A stretch of 64,000 bases of DNA from Hyphomicrobiales bacterium (GCA_029245795.1 JAQWOP010000001.1:16301-80300); one strand, 5' to 3'; counted from the stretch's first letter, positions 1 through 9,238 are shown. The notes: a model not told the origin generated them from the sequence alone. Numbers and translations are program-made.

Positions 1-2
1 AA

Positions 3-1157
3 ATGAATTTTGATCCGGTAGAACTAAGAAAAATTAATCTAATTGACAAAAGCCAATTCCCCTATAAATCAGCAGCTGGACTGACCTATGATAGTGGCGA
101 TTTTCATAGTCTATTAAATGATGCATTACTAACGTCAGAGTGGAACACCTATCAAGATAGAGTCGAAGAATCTAAAAAGAAGGGACTTCTGAGAGGAAGA
201 GCTTTGACATACTACTTAGAAGTAACTGCTCCAGTTGGCAAAGAAATGGGGAAAATACGCTTTGATGATTCTGGTGATATAACATTAATTAGTGGTAATT
301 TAGACTATGGACAAGGCCATCTTACCTCCTTTTCTCAAATTGTGTCAGATAAACTTGGAATTCCAATGGAAAAATTTAAATTATTACAAGGTGATAGTAA
401 AGAGCTTATTGCTGGAAGTGGAACTGGTGGATCGCGATCTGCAATATCAGGAGGCACATTACTTTTAAGTGCATCAGATATTGTAATTGATAATGGCAAA
501 CAGTTAGCGGCTTATCTCTTTCAAGATAACCCAGAAAATATTGAATTTAATGATGGAAATTTTGAATTACCAAATTCAAATCATAGAGTTAGTATTTTAG
601 AACTTAATGATCAAGTAAAGGATCTAATAAAAAATAAAAAACTCCCTAATCATTTACCACAAGGACTTGATGGCGCTTTAGCTGAAGACACTCCCCCATC
701 GTCTTTTCCAAATGGTTGTCATGTATCAGAAGTTGAAATTAATCCCAAGACTGGCGAAGTCAAACTTATAAAACATATAGCAGTAAATGATTTTGGTAAC
801 TTAATTAATCCACTGTTGGTAGAAGGGCAGGTCCTAGGTGGCATTATTCAGGCACAAGGACAAATACTTATGGAGAATTTATGTTATGATGAATATGGTC
901 AATTATTATCGGGATCATATATGGATTATACAATGCCAAAGGCTGCAGATATACCAAAACAATTTGTCTTTAAATCTCATCCTGTCCCTTGCAAAACAAA
1001 CCCACTTGGGATAAAGGGATGTGGCGAAGCTGGCATATCAGGGGCACTTCCAACTATAATGAATGCAATAGTTGATGCCTTAGAAAGTAATGGTATAGAT
1101 GGAAAGAATCTAAATATGCCCGTAACCTCAGAAAAGATGTGGGAAATATTGAGTTAA
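3..1157 (+). CDS. Molybdopterin-binding large subunit of the xanthine dehydrogenase / aerobic CO dehydrogenase (CoxL-like) family, C-terminal part; 5' end lies outside the window
   Basis: The ORF is open to the window edge. It carries C-terminal family motifs (GSGTGGSRS, GQVLGGIIQAQGQ, KGCGEAGISGALPTIMNAIVDAL). The active-site loop that separates form I CoxL from other hydroxylases lies upstream of the window, so substrate cannot be called. Confidence 0.8.
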   Translation: MNFDPVELRKINLIDKSQFPYKSAAGLTYDSGDFHSLLNDALLTSEWNTYQDRVEESKKKGLLRGRALTYYLEVTAPVGKEMGKIRFDDSGDITLISGNLDYGQGHLTSFSQIVSDKLGIPMEKFKLLQGDSKELIAGSGTGGSRSAISGGTLLLSASDIVIDNGKQLAAYLFQDNPENIEFNDGNFELPNSNHRVSILELNDQVKDLIKNKKLPNHLPQGLDGALAEDTPPSSFPNGCHVSEVEINPKTGEVKLIKHIAVNDFGNLINPLLVEGQVLGGIIQAQGQILMENLCYDEYGQLLSGSYMDYTMPKAADIPKQFVFKSHPVPCKTNPLGIKGCGEAGISGALPTIMNAIVDALESNGIDGKNLNMPVTSEKMWEILS

Positions 1158-1244
1158 TAACATTTTTGTATTATTTTAACTTATTTCCTTTATCTTTGAA
1201 TGATCTTTGATATATATATGTTAACCTTATTTATGGAGTAAAAG

Positions 1245-1400
1245 ATGAAACAAAAACACCAATATATACTAATGGTTACATTAGTAGCTATTATGGCAAT
1301 TTCAGGATATTTTTTCTACCAAAGTGATAAAGCAAATCCTAAACCAGATACTTCAGCAGTCACGGATTTTAAAGCTGCGGACGTTGATTTTTGGAAATAG
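1245..1400 (+). CDS. Unannotated small membrane protein, 51 aa (MKQKHQYILMVTLVAIMAISGYFFYQSDKANPKPDTSAVTDFKAADVDFWK)
   Basis: Below the size cutoff of the ORF track. GGAG at 1235-1238 lies 6 nt before ATG 1245. The peptide has one clear hydrophobic helix followed by a polar tail, and TAG is at 1398-1400. It fills an otherwise empty 246-nt spacer. Confidence 0.5.
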   Translation: MKQKHQYILMVTLVAIMAISGYFFYQSDKANPKPDTSAVTDFKAADVDFWK

Positions 1401-1403
1401 GTA

Positions 1404-2309
1404 TTATATTTGCCAAATTACAATGTAAGCACCTATTATTGATAGAAAAATTCCAAATAAGACTTTAAAATTTATAATTTCATGTTGCCTATTCATTAAC
1501 CAACTAAAAATTACTCGAAATATGACTGTTGTCTTTTGAATTGGTTCTACAATAGATATAGGTGCTACTCCAAGTGCCATATATCGCAATAAATGCGCAA
1601 AAGAACTAAAAACTCCAGCAATAATAAACCAGAAAACACCCTTATTATTTAAAGTATAGACTTCACGAAATGATTTCTTACTAAGAAATATTACTATAAA
1701 AATGAGTATTGTTGCAAAAAAGTAAGCAACAAAAGCTCCAACTATGCTCTCTTTAATGCCACCATCTTTCAATCCAACTTTAACTAAATATGGGCTTATT
1801 CCAAAAGATAATGCACATAACAAACCCCAAAAATATCCTTTCTTATAATACATAACAACACCAGATCTTGTTTTTGAATTAACTCCACCTAAAAATAGAA
1901 TAATAGAGGGTCCAATAACTATTAATAAAATACCTAACAAAAGCTCTAAAGTATAAATTTCTTCTAAAACAAAGAAAGCAAAAAATACCGATACCAAGAC
2001 AGATAATTGTGTTACTGGACCAGATAGAGTAGCGCCAAGTAATTGTGTTGCTTTGTAATTGCAATAACGACCTAAAATTAAATGAATAATGCCCGCTAAA
2101 CCAAAAAAAAACAATGAATCAAGAGTCATTTCAAATAATATATACGTACAATCAAAAATAATTAAGATTATATAAAACAATGGAAGGCCGATAGGCACTG
2201 TAACAGCGATAGCTTGGTAAACAGGAGCTGATAGCACGCCCCTTCTGAGGGTAGTTACATTTCCAGCAAACATCATAGCCGAGAATAATGCTAGTATACT
2301 GCCCAACAT
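1404..2309 (-). CDS. EamA/DMT-superfamily permease (10-TM drug/metabolite transporter type)
   Basis: 301 aa, almost entirely hydrophobic, with two repeated 5-TM halves. It is a paralog of the adjacent gene; the two share N-terminal FSA..FA.N.T.LRRG and C-terminal PISIVEPI...V.FRV motifs. Confidence 0.8.
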   Translation of the reverse strand: MLGSILALFSAMMFAGNVTTLRRGVLSAPVYQAIAVTVPIGLPLFYIILIIFDCTYILFEMTLDSLFFFGLAGIIHLILGRYCNYKATQLLGATLSGPVTQLSVLVSVFFAFFVLEEIYTLELLLGILLIVIGPSIILFLGGVNSKTRSGVVMYYKKGYFWGLLCALSFGISPYLVKVGLKDGGIKESIVGAFVAYFFATILIFIVIFLSKKSFREVYTLNNKGVFWFIIAGVFSSFAHLLRYMALGVAPISIVEPIQKTTVIFRVIFSWLMNRQHEIINFKVLFGIFLSIIGAYIVIWQI

Positions 2310-2325
2310 TTAATTTGAATCCTTT

Positions 2326-3240
2326 CTAGGATATGTCTAATTGTAAGATAAGTATGTATACCCCAATTAATGACAAGGCTATACCTGATAGAACTCTAAT
2401 ATTTATAATTTCATGTTTTCTATTAACAATATATCCAAATAAAACACGGAAAACAACTGATGACCTATGAATTGGCTCGACTATTGAAATTGGAAGGATT
2501 CCCAAAGCTATATATCTTAATAGCTGAGCTGTGGATCCCATTATACCAGTTATAGTAAACCATTTCATTCCATCTGGATTAATTTCTAATATATCTTTGT
2601 ATTTAACTCCACTTATAAGAATTATAAATACTAGGAATAACATTGCTGATAAATATGATACGAAACCTCCGATAATTGTATATTTAAAATCTCCTGATCC
2701 TAATCCCAATTTGATTAAAAAAGGGCTTGTTCCATAGCAAGCGGCACACATCAAGCCCCACATTAAACCCTTATTATAATTTAGTTTAATACCAGATTTG
2801 GTAAATTTATCATTTTGCTTCCCAAATAAAATAAATAGTGGCCCTAGCAATAAAAGGCTAATTCCAATAATATGGTATGCATTAATTGCTTCTTTCAAAA
2901 CAAAAAATGCAAAAAATAAACTAATTAATAAACCTAATTGAACTATTGGACCAGCTTGGGTTGATCCGAGAGATTCAATAGCTTTATAACCAAAATATCT
3001 ACCAAACACAAAATGAATAACTCCAGCAATCGAAAATAAATAAATTGAATTTAAACTAAGCTCATGAAAACTCGGCCAACAACCAAATATCACTATTGCC
3101 ATCAAAAATAACGGAACACCAATTGGAACAGTTACAATAATTGACTTATATACAGATGCAAATAATATACCCCTTCTTAGAGCTGTATCATTAGCAGCAA
3201 AAGCAATGGCAGAAAACATTGCACAAAATAATCCTAGCAT
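2326..3240 (-). CDS. EamA/DMT-superfamily permease, tandem paralog of 1404-2309
   Basis: 304 aa and colinear with the neighbour along its full length (roughly 40-45% identity by eye). The gap between the two genes is 16 nt. Confidence 0.8.
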   Translation of the reverse strand: MLGLFCAMFSAIAFAANDTALRRGILFASVYKSIIVTVPIGVPLFLMAIVIFGCWPSFHELSLNSIYLFSIAGVIHFVFGRYFGYKAIESLGSTQAGPIVQLGLLISLFFAFFVLKEAINAYHIIGISLLLLGPLFILFGKQNDKFTKSGIKLNYNKGLMWGLMCAACYGTSPFLIKLGLGSGDFKYTIIGGFVSYLSAMLFLVFIILISGVKYKDILEINPDGMKWFTITGIMGSTAQLLRYIALGILPISIVEPIHRSSVVFRVLFGYIVNRKHEIINIRVLSGIALSLIGVYILILQLDIS

Positions 3241-3254
3241 AATGTATCCTGTGT

Positions 3255-3665
3255 TTAATAGTTCATTTTTAAATTAATTGGAATACCATGATTTAAAGAT
3301 ATAACTGTTTTATCAAATTTAGGTCGTCCAGTTGGAATATAATCATTGGAATATCCAAAGCCCTCTTTAGGAACCCAAAATAACGATGTATTTAATTTCT
3401 TATCATTGTTTTCATCATGATATACGAATATTGAAATTTTACCTTCATGCATATCTTTGAGTGGAAATTTTGTAACTCCTTGAGTGGCTATTTTTCTAAC
3501 ATTATAATGCGGTTTATTATTAATAAATGATTCTTTATCCATATAAATACTCATATCAATGTAACCATCTTCACTAGCTACATTTTCAATATTGATAGTA
3601 GCATGTGAATGAGCAAATCCACATGCCAAAAAGAGGAATATTGGGATTAATATATGTTTTTGCAT
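3255..3665 (-). CDS. Secreted DUF2141-family protein
   Basis: N-terminal signal peptide (MQKHILIPIFLFLACGFAHS). The characteristic DUF2141 core is present: VYHDENNDKKLNTSLFWVPKEGFGYSND....GRPKFDK. Confidence 0.7.
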   Translation of the reverse strand: MQKHILIPIFLFLACGFAHSHATINIENVASEDGYIDMSIYMDKESFINNKPHYNVRKIATQGVTKFPLKDMHEGKISIFVYHDENNDKKLNTSLFWVPKEGFGYSNDYIPTGRPKFDKTVISLNHGIPINLKMNY

Positions 3666-3667
3666 TA

Positions 3668-4195
3668 CTAGAAGTCAGGATTTGGAGCAGCAACACATTT
3701 CTTAGTAACTTTCATCATCCAAGTATAAAACTCTAAACGATTTCCATCAGGATCTGTAATATAGAATGCATGACTTCCACTTCCTCCAACAAAACCTAAT
3801 GTATCGTTATCCTCGACATATTTTGCTTCATGACCGTGAACATATGGGCCTGACACAAAAGGTATACCTTTTTTTCTGCATTCTTCTAATGCATTTAACC
3901 AGTCCTCCCGTTCAGGAATTTCAAAAGCAATATGATGAACTCCAGGCGCGTGCCTTTTTCCAGTATCTGATTGATCAAGACTTTTTCTATCTTTTGTTTT
4001 ATCAATTTCAAAAAAAACAATGTCATGATGCCAATCTTCACACCTAACAAAACATTGTCTATCTCTTCTATATGGCTCACCCCATAATCCAGTTAATTTA
4101 AGACCAACCACATTTCTATACCAATCCAGTGATTTATCTATATTACTTACCCAAATGCCAATATGACCTACTCTATGAACTCCTTCAAAAGACAT
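3668..4195 (-). CDS. VOC-family protein (glyoxalase / bleomycin-resistance / extradiol-dioxygenase fold)
   Basis: 175 aa. The N-terminal beta-alpha-beta-beta-beta module (HIGIWVSNIDKSLDWYRNVVGL) and the metal-ligand-like pattern VHHIAFEI ... HAFYITDPDGNRLEF are typical of the fold. Reaction not assignable. Confidence 0.75.
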   Translation of the reverse strand: MSFEGVHRVGHIGIWVSNIDKSLDWYRNVVGLKLTGLWGEPYRRDRQCFVRCEDWHHDIVFFEIDKTKDRKSLDQSDTGKRHAPGVHHIAFEIPEREDWLNALEECRKKGIPFVSGPYVHGHEAKYVEDNDTLGFVGGSGSHAFYITDPDGNRLEFYTWMMKVTKKCVAAPNPDF

Positions 4196-4254
4196 TACAA
4201 CCTCCCTTTAAAAAACATAACTACATAAATATAGCACATTTAGAGAATTTAATG

Positions 4255-5592
4255 TTAATAAAAATCTATTGATTTTATAGTCTGATCATAAGCGAGATAT
4301 AATTTATCAACAATTTTATTAATTTGTTTGTTATTGATTATAAAAGGTGGTGCTAATAATATATGGTCGCCATAAACACCGTCTATTGTTCCCCCACCCG
4401 GATATACCATCAGACCAAGATCAAGAGCATTTCTTTTTATTTTTTGAAATATTTTATTTCTTGGATCAAATGGTTCTTTTGTTTGCTTATCTTTTACTAT
4501 TTCCATACCAATTAATAATCCCCTTCCTCTTATATCCCCAATATATTCACTAGAATTAAATTTCTTTTCAAGCTTCTTCTTAAGTAAATCACCTTTATAA
4601 GTAATCTTTTCTAACATATTCCCCTTCAATAAAAGACCTAATACAGAAATTGCTGCCGCACATGCAGTTGGATGAGCTAAATAAGAATGTCCATGCTCAA
4701 AAAAACCAATATTATTTTTTATTGAAGTATAAATCTCATCATTACAAATCATTGCACCAATTGGCTGATAACCAGCTCCCAATCCCTTTGCGATACAAAC
4801 TATATCTGGGATAACATTATAATTTTCAAAGGCAAACAAACTTCCACATCTTCCCATCCCACACATTACTTCATCTAATATTAGAAGTACGTCGTATTTA
4901 TTACAAATAGATCTAATTCTTTCAAAATAACCCTTGGATGGACATACGGCTCCCATTGTCGCCCCAACTATAGTTTCACAAATGAATGCTGATACTTTAT
5001 TAGTCCCTAATTCTAAAATTTTATTTTCAAGTTCATTAGCTACATTAATTCCATACTCTTCATCACTATAATCTCCGCCCCATCTCCAGAAATGACAAGG
5101 GGCTATATGATGTATATGATTCGATAACAAAGGTTCATATGGTTTTCTTCTGGGTATATTTTCACCAGCAGCTAAAGCACCAAGCGTGCTTCCATGATAG
5201 GATTGGTGCCTTGATATGATTTCAATCTTATCAGTATGCCCCTTAGATGCATGATATTGTGTAGCAAGTTTAATAGATGCTTCGACAGCTTCCGAACCAC
5301 CGGATACTATGTAGGTCCAATTTAAAGGCTCAGGAAGATTCTCTGATAATATTTTTGCTAATTCTTCTGATACATCCGTATTGAAAAAACCACTATGTAC
5401 ATATGATAATTTTCTTGTTTGTTTTATTATTGATGTTCTTATTTTACTGTTACTATAACCAAATGTGGAAACAGCTGCTCCACCACAAGCATCAATATAA
5501 ACTTTACCAGTTGAGTCTTTAATATGAACACCTTTACCAGAAACGGCAACTGGCATTTCATTATTTAATTCTCTGTTAAATAAATTGGTCAA
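4255..5592 (-). CDS. Class-III (omega-type) PLP-dependent aminotransferase
   Basis: 445 aa. Motifs: SGGSEAVE, LILDEVMCGMGRCG, and the PLP-lysine context IVCIAKGLGAGYQPIGA. The start is TTG at 5592-5590, directly abutting the TAA of the upstream permease gene. Confidence 0.85.
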   Translation of the reverse strand: MTNLFNRELNNEMPVAVSGKGVHIKDSTGKVYIDACGGAAVSTFGYSNSKIRTSIIKQTRKLSYVHSGFFNTDVSEELAKILSENLPEPLNWTYIVSGGSEAVEASIKLATQYHASKGHTDKIEIISRHQSYHGSTLGALAAGENIPRRKPYEPLLSNHIHHIAPCHFWRWGGDYSDEEYGINVANELENKILELGTNKVSAFICETIVGATMGAVCPSKGYFERIRSICNKYDVLLILDEVMCGMGRCGSLFAFENYNVIPDIVCIAKGLGAGYQPIGAMICNDEIYTSIKNNIGFFEHGHSYLAHPTACAAAISVLGLLLKGNMLEKITYKGDLLKKKLEKKFNSSEYIGDIRGRGLLIGMEIVKDKQTKEPFDPRNKIFQKIKRNALDLGLMVYPGGGTIDGVYGDHILLAPPFIINNKQINKIVDKLYLAYDQTIKSIDFY

Positions 5593-7950
5593 TTAAATAA
5601 TATCTTTTTTTCTATTATATTTCTGATTCAAGAAAACTAATAAATATAGTATTAACCCTGGAATATAAAACCAATGTTTTGTTATTCTTTTTTCTACTTT
5701 TTCCACACTTAATACATTCATTCCATTTCTTAAGCCACTTTTATACCCTGGACTCGTAAAATTAGATATCGATACCTGCATAGCGTTATCGTAGATAAAT
5801 GATTCAAAAGCACTCACACCTAAACTATCCCAACTTATATCAGTTATTTCAAATAAATCTTTATCTATAACAATAGTTTGTTCATTATTTAATAAATCTA
5901 TAGTTTTTAGAGTAATTAAATTTTCTTCTATTCCTTCTTCTAATCTTTCAGTTTCTATTATAATATTTTTTTCAGGCACAAATTTATCCAAAAAATAACC
6001 TGGTCGGAATAAAATAAAACACGCTAATAAAAGTATAACTGATTCATAAAACTTCATTTTAACAATAAACCAGTTTTGTGTAACAGAAGTAAATGATAAG
6101 ATTGCGAGTAAACTCATAACAAAAACTAATAAACCCTGAAAAAAACTATCCACATTTATTAGCAAAAGTTCTGAGTTAAAAATAAACACAAATGGAAGAA
6201 TTGCTGTTCTACAATCATACCAGAATGCTTGAATCCCTGTTTTAATAGGATCAGCCCTACTTATTGACGAAGCTGCATATGCTGCTAGTCCAACAGGTGG
6301 TGTCACATCAGCCATTAAACCAAAATAAAAACAGAATAAATGAATTGATATTATTGGGAAATCAAAACCCGCCTGTCTTCCAAGTGTAGAAACTATACCA
6401 ACCATTAATGTGGAGACAATAAGATAATTTGCAGTTGTAGGTAAACCCATGCCTAAGATTATTGATAATATTGCTGTTGCAATTAAGATTGGGATTATTG
6501 CATCACCGGCAATAACAGTAAGAAGCTCTTGAATAGCATTCGACAAGCCAGATGCCCCTATTGAACCCATAACCAATCCAGCAGCTGACACAGCAATTGA
6601 TACTGTAATCATATTTTTTGCGCCACCCATCAATCCTCTTGAAAGTATGCCTCTTGTTTTTTTAAGAGCAGTTCTAATAAAACCATGCTGTCGATCTCTA
6701 TAAGAAATTATAATATTTTCAATTAGAACAATTAATATAAAAGTCACAATGCAATACAAAGCACTTCTATCAGCGCTATATCTAAATAATGTTAGCATTA
6801 AAATCAATACACAAATTGGTATCAAATATTGCCAACCTCTCCTCATAACAATTCCTACTCCTTCTAATATGGGGGTTGGCTTTAAACCTAGTTTTAGAGC
6901 TTCTAGATGCACAATATAAAATAATGCAATATATGATATTATAGCTGGAATAAATGCATGTTTAATAATATCAAAATATGGAATTCCAATTACCTCTGCC
7001 ATCACAAAAGCTGCAGCTCCCATAATAGGTGGCATTATTTGACCATTAGTTGATGCAGACACTTCAATTGCACCAGCTTTCACTGCTGTATAACCATTCT
7101 TTTTCATTATCGGAATTGTAAATGTACCAGTTGTTACAGTATTTGCGATTGATGAGCCAGATATCATTCCAGTAAATCCAGAAGCTAGTACGGCTGACTT
7201 TGCTGGTCCACCTCTCATATGTCCAACAGCTGCGAAGGCCAAATCTATAAACCATTTACCAGCACCTGAACTATGCAAGAGCGCTCCAAATAATACAAAA
7301 AGATAAATTGTTTTTGTTGAAACACCCAAGGGAATTCCAAATATCCCCTCTTGACCATACCATTGAGTTGTTACATATCTTGTAAAGCTTACTGATGAGA
7401 GACCAAATGGATCGGGTAAATATTTATTAAAAATAGTATAAAAAACAAAAATAGTTCCAATGATCGCAAGCGGAACTCCAACTGCCCTTCTTGCTGCTTC
7501 CAATACGACAAAAATTGCTATCCAACCAAGAATGAATTCAAATGGAATATTATTAAAAAAGAGAAAATCAAAAGTTCTAGTTTGACCTTTATAACCTATA
7601 ATATCAGCAAAAAAGAATGCTTGCCACCAGCAAGCTAATAATATCAAGAAAGCAAGAACTAAATCATATACTGGAACCACTCTATTAGAAATATTTGTTT
7701 TTTTTGCAGGGTATAAAAGAAAACACAAAACTCCACCAAAAGATAAATGCATTGCCCTAGCAAATAGGTCGTTAATTAAACCAAAACCTAAATAACCCTC
7801 TAATATACTTCCCAAACTAGAAGATATATAAAGTTGAAAAAGCGACCATAAAATAAGGATATAACTAATATAAGACGAAAAAAAACCAGTAATATTTATA
7901 TCACCAGTTTCAAGCGCGATTGCATCTTCAGTTTTTCTAGATTTAATCAT
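5593..7950 (-). CDS. TRAP transporter fused permease (TAXI-type 4TM/12TM fusion) with a C-terminal extra domain
   Basis: 785 aa polytopic membrane protein located immediately downstream of a TAXI solute receptor. It has DctM-like repeats, then a roughly 130-aa soluble stretch and a final TM segment at the C-terminus, as in DUF3394-containing fused permeases. Confidence 0.9.
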   Translation of the reverse strand: MIKSRKTEDAIALETGDINITGFFSSYISYILILWSLFQLYISSSLGSILEGYLGFGLINDLFARAMHLSFGGVLCFLLYPAKKTNISNRVVPVYDLVLAFLILLACWWQAFFFADIIGYKGQTRTFDFLFFNNIPFEFILGWIAIFVVLEAARRAVGVPLAIIGTIFVFYTIFNKYLPDPFGLSSVSFTRYVTTQWYGQEGIFGIPLGVSTKTIYLFVLFGALLHSSGAGKWFIDLAFAAVGHMRGGPAKSAVLASGFTGMISGSSIANTVTTGTFTIPIMKKNGYTAVKAGAIEVSASTNGQIMPPIMGAAAFVMAEVIGIPYFDIIKHAFIPAIISYIALFYIVHLEALKLGLKPTPILEGVGIVMRRGWQYLIPICVLILMLTLFRYSADRSALYCIVTFILIVLIENIIISYRDRQHGFIRTALKKTRGILSRGLMGGAKNMITVSIAVSAAGLVMGSIGASGLSNAIQELLTVIAGDAIIPILIATAILSIILGMGLPTTANYLIVSTLMVGIVSTLGRQAGFDFPIISIHLFCFYFGLMADVTPPVGLAAYAASSISRADPIKTGIQAFWYDCRTAILPFVFIFNSELLLINVDSFFQGLLVFVMSLLAILSFTSVTQNWFIVKMKFYESVILLLACFILFRPGYFLDKFVPEKNIIIETERLEEGIEENLITLKTIDLLNNEQTIVIDKDLFEITDISWDSLGVSAFESFIYDNAMQVSISNFTSPGYKSGLRNGMNVLSVEKVEKRITKHWFYIPGLILYLLVFLNQKYNRKKDII

Positions 7951-7976
7951 TAAGGAGTAAATGAGTTAAATTAATG

Positions 7977-8002
7977 TTATGGGGATAGTTAAATCCCCAT
8001 AA
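7977..8002 (-). terminator. Intercistronic stem-loop between the TAXI receptor and permease genes (attenuator or stabiliser hairpin)
   Basis: TTATGGGGAT-agttaa-ATCCCCATAA: a perfect 10-bp stem with a GGGG/CCCC core and a 6-nt loop. No clean U-tract follows on the minus strand, so it is at most a partial terminator. Confidence 0.4.
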
Positions 8003-8011
8003 CTAATTATA

Positions 8012-8986
8012 TTACATCCAGCCTCGTTCTTTATAGTATCTGATAGCTCCATCATGCATAGGTGCAGAATTTCCTTCATATACCATTTGTAGAGGTGAAA
8101 GATTACGGAAAGCAGGATGAAGTGATTTAAAAGCATCAAAGTTTTCAAACACTGCTCTTACAACTTCATAAACCATTTCATCATCTACATCAGATGAGGT
8201 TACAAATGTTGCTTTAACACCAAATGTTGTAACATCCTCAGTAATTGTTGAGTATGTTCCTGTTGGTATTGTAGCGAAAGCATAAAAAGGATTGTCATTT
8301 ACTAATCCCTGTACAGCATCATTGTTAAGATTGATTATCTCAGCACCGCAACCGTCTGCAGCTTGCGCAACTCCTGCGTTAGGAACGCCAACAGTATAAC
8401 CATAAGCATCAATATCTCCATTACATAATGCTGAAGATTGTTCTGAAGATGTTAGTTCTGTTGCAGATCCAAAGTAGTCAGCACCAACATTATTGGCATC
8501 TAATAATACTTCAAATGTACCTCTTTGACCTGATCCAGGATTACCAACATTAACGGCTTTCCCTTCTAAATCATCCCAAGTTTCTATTCCTGAGTTTTTT
8601 GCAACAAGAATTTGGAAAGGTTCTGGATGAACAGAAAAAACAGATCTTAAATTAGCTTTTTGATCACCTTCATATCGGTTTGAACCATTTGTTGCATGGA
8701 ATTGCCAATCTGACTGAGAAACACCAAATTGTAATTCACCTGATGTTACATTGCCAATGTTATAGTTTGAACCTGCTGTTGAAGGAGCAGAACATCTATA
8801 CCCATGTTGGCGTCCGGAACTTCTTCCTTCAGCTGCCTCACGATGTACCATTTGGCAAACAGCATTTCCGACTTGGAAATAAACTCCTGTAGGACCTCCA
8901 GTGCCAATAGACATGAATTCAGCTGATTTTGCAGTACCCATTGTAAGACCAGTTGAAATCATTATTAAAAATATAAATCTAATCAT
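8012..8986 (-). CDS. TAXI-family TRAP transporter solute-binding protein
   Basis: 324 aa with a signal peptide. TAXI hallmarks are present: IGTGGPTGVYFQVGNA, SGELQFGVSQSD, and the C-terminal HDGAIRYYKERG. A strong SD (GGGAGG, 8998-8993) lies 6 nt before the ATG. Confidence 0.9.
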   Translation of the reverse strand: MIRFIFLIMISTGLTMGTAKSAEFMSIGTGGPTGVYFQVGNAVCQMVHREAAEGRSSGRQHGYRCSAPSTAGSNYNIGNVTSGELQFGVSQSDWQFHATNGSNRYEGDQKANLRSVFSVHPEPFQILVAKNSGIETWDDLEGKAVNVGNPGSGQRGTFEVLLDANNVGADYFGSATELTSSEQSSALCNGDIDAYGYTVGVPNAGVAQAADGCGAEIINLNNDAVQGLVNDNPFYAFATIPTGTYSTITEDVTTFGVKATFVTSSDVDDEMVYEVVRAVFENFDAFKSLHPAFRNLSPLQMVYEGNSAPMHDGAIRYYKERGWM

Positions 8987-9041
8987 TTTAGACCTCCCTA
9001 TAATAATTTGAATTTAGTATCCTATCACGTAAGATAAAAAA

Positions 9042-9075
9042 AACAAACAAAATGCTTTTAAGATTATTGTTTGTT
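9042..9075 (-). terminator. Possible rho-independent terminator downstream of tRNA-Lys
   Basis: On the minus strand: AACAAACA, a 18-nt loop, TGTTTGTT, followed by a run of T (plus-strand A-run 9036-9043). The stem is AT-rich and weak. Confidence 0.3.
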
Positions 9076-9110
9076 ACTTTTTGTTTTATTGTAAATAATT
9101 TTATAAAAAA

Positions 9111-9186
9111 TGGTGGGCCCTATAGGAATCGAACCTATGACACAGTGATTAAAAGTCACCTGCTCTACCGACTGAGCTAAGGGCCC
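9111..9186 (-). tRNA. tRNA-Lys (anticodon UUU)
   Basis: The reverse complement folds by hand into a 76-nt cloverleaf: acceptor GGGCCCT/AGGGCCC, D-arm GCTC-AGTCGGTA-GAGC, anticodon arm GGTGA-CTTTTAA-TCACT, T-arm ATAGG-TTCGATT-CCTAT. The CCA end is encoded. Confidence 0.95.
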
Positions 9187-9238
9187 CAATATATATAATA
9201 ATTTAATATACTTAAAATTAGATTACATCAATACATAA

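Noticed and set aside
1-9186. Genomic island integrated at the 3' end of tRNA-Lys, since the accessory-looking cluster abuts the tRNA 3' side
   Set aside because: There is no integrase, no mobility gene, and no direct repeat of the tRNA 3' end in the spacers I could inspect. The higher G+C is confined to the binding-protein gene and is better explained by high expression.
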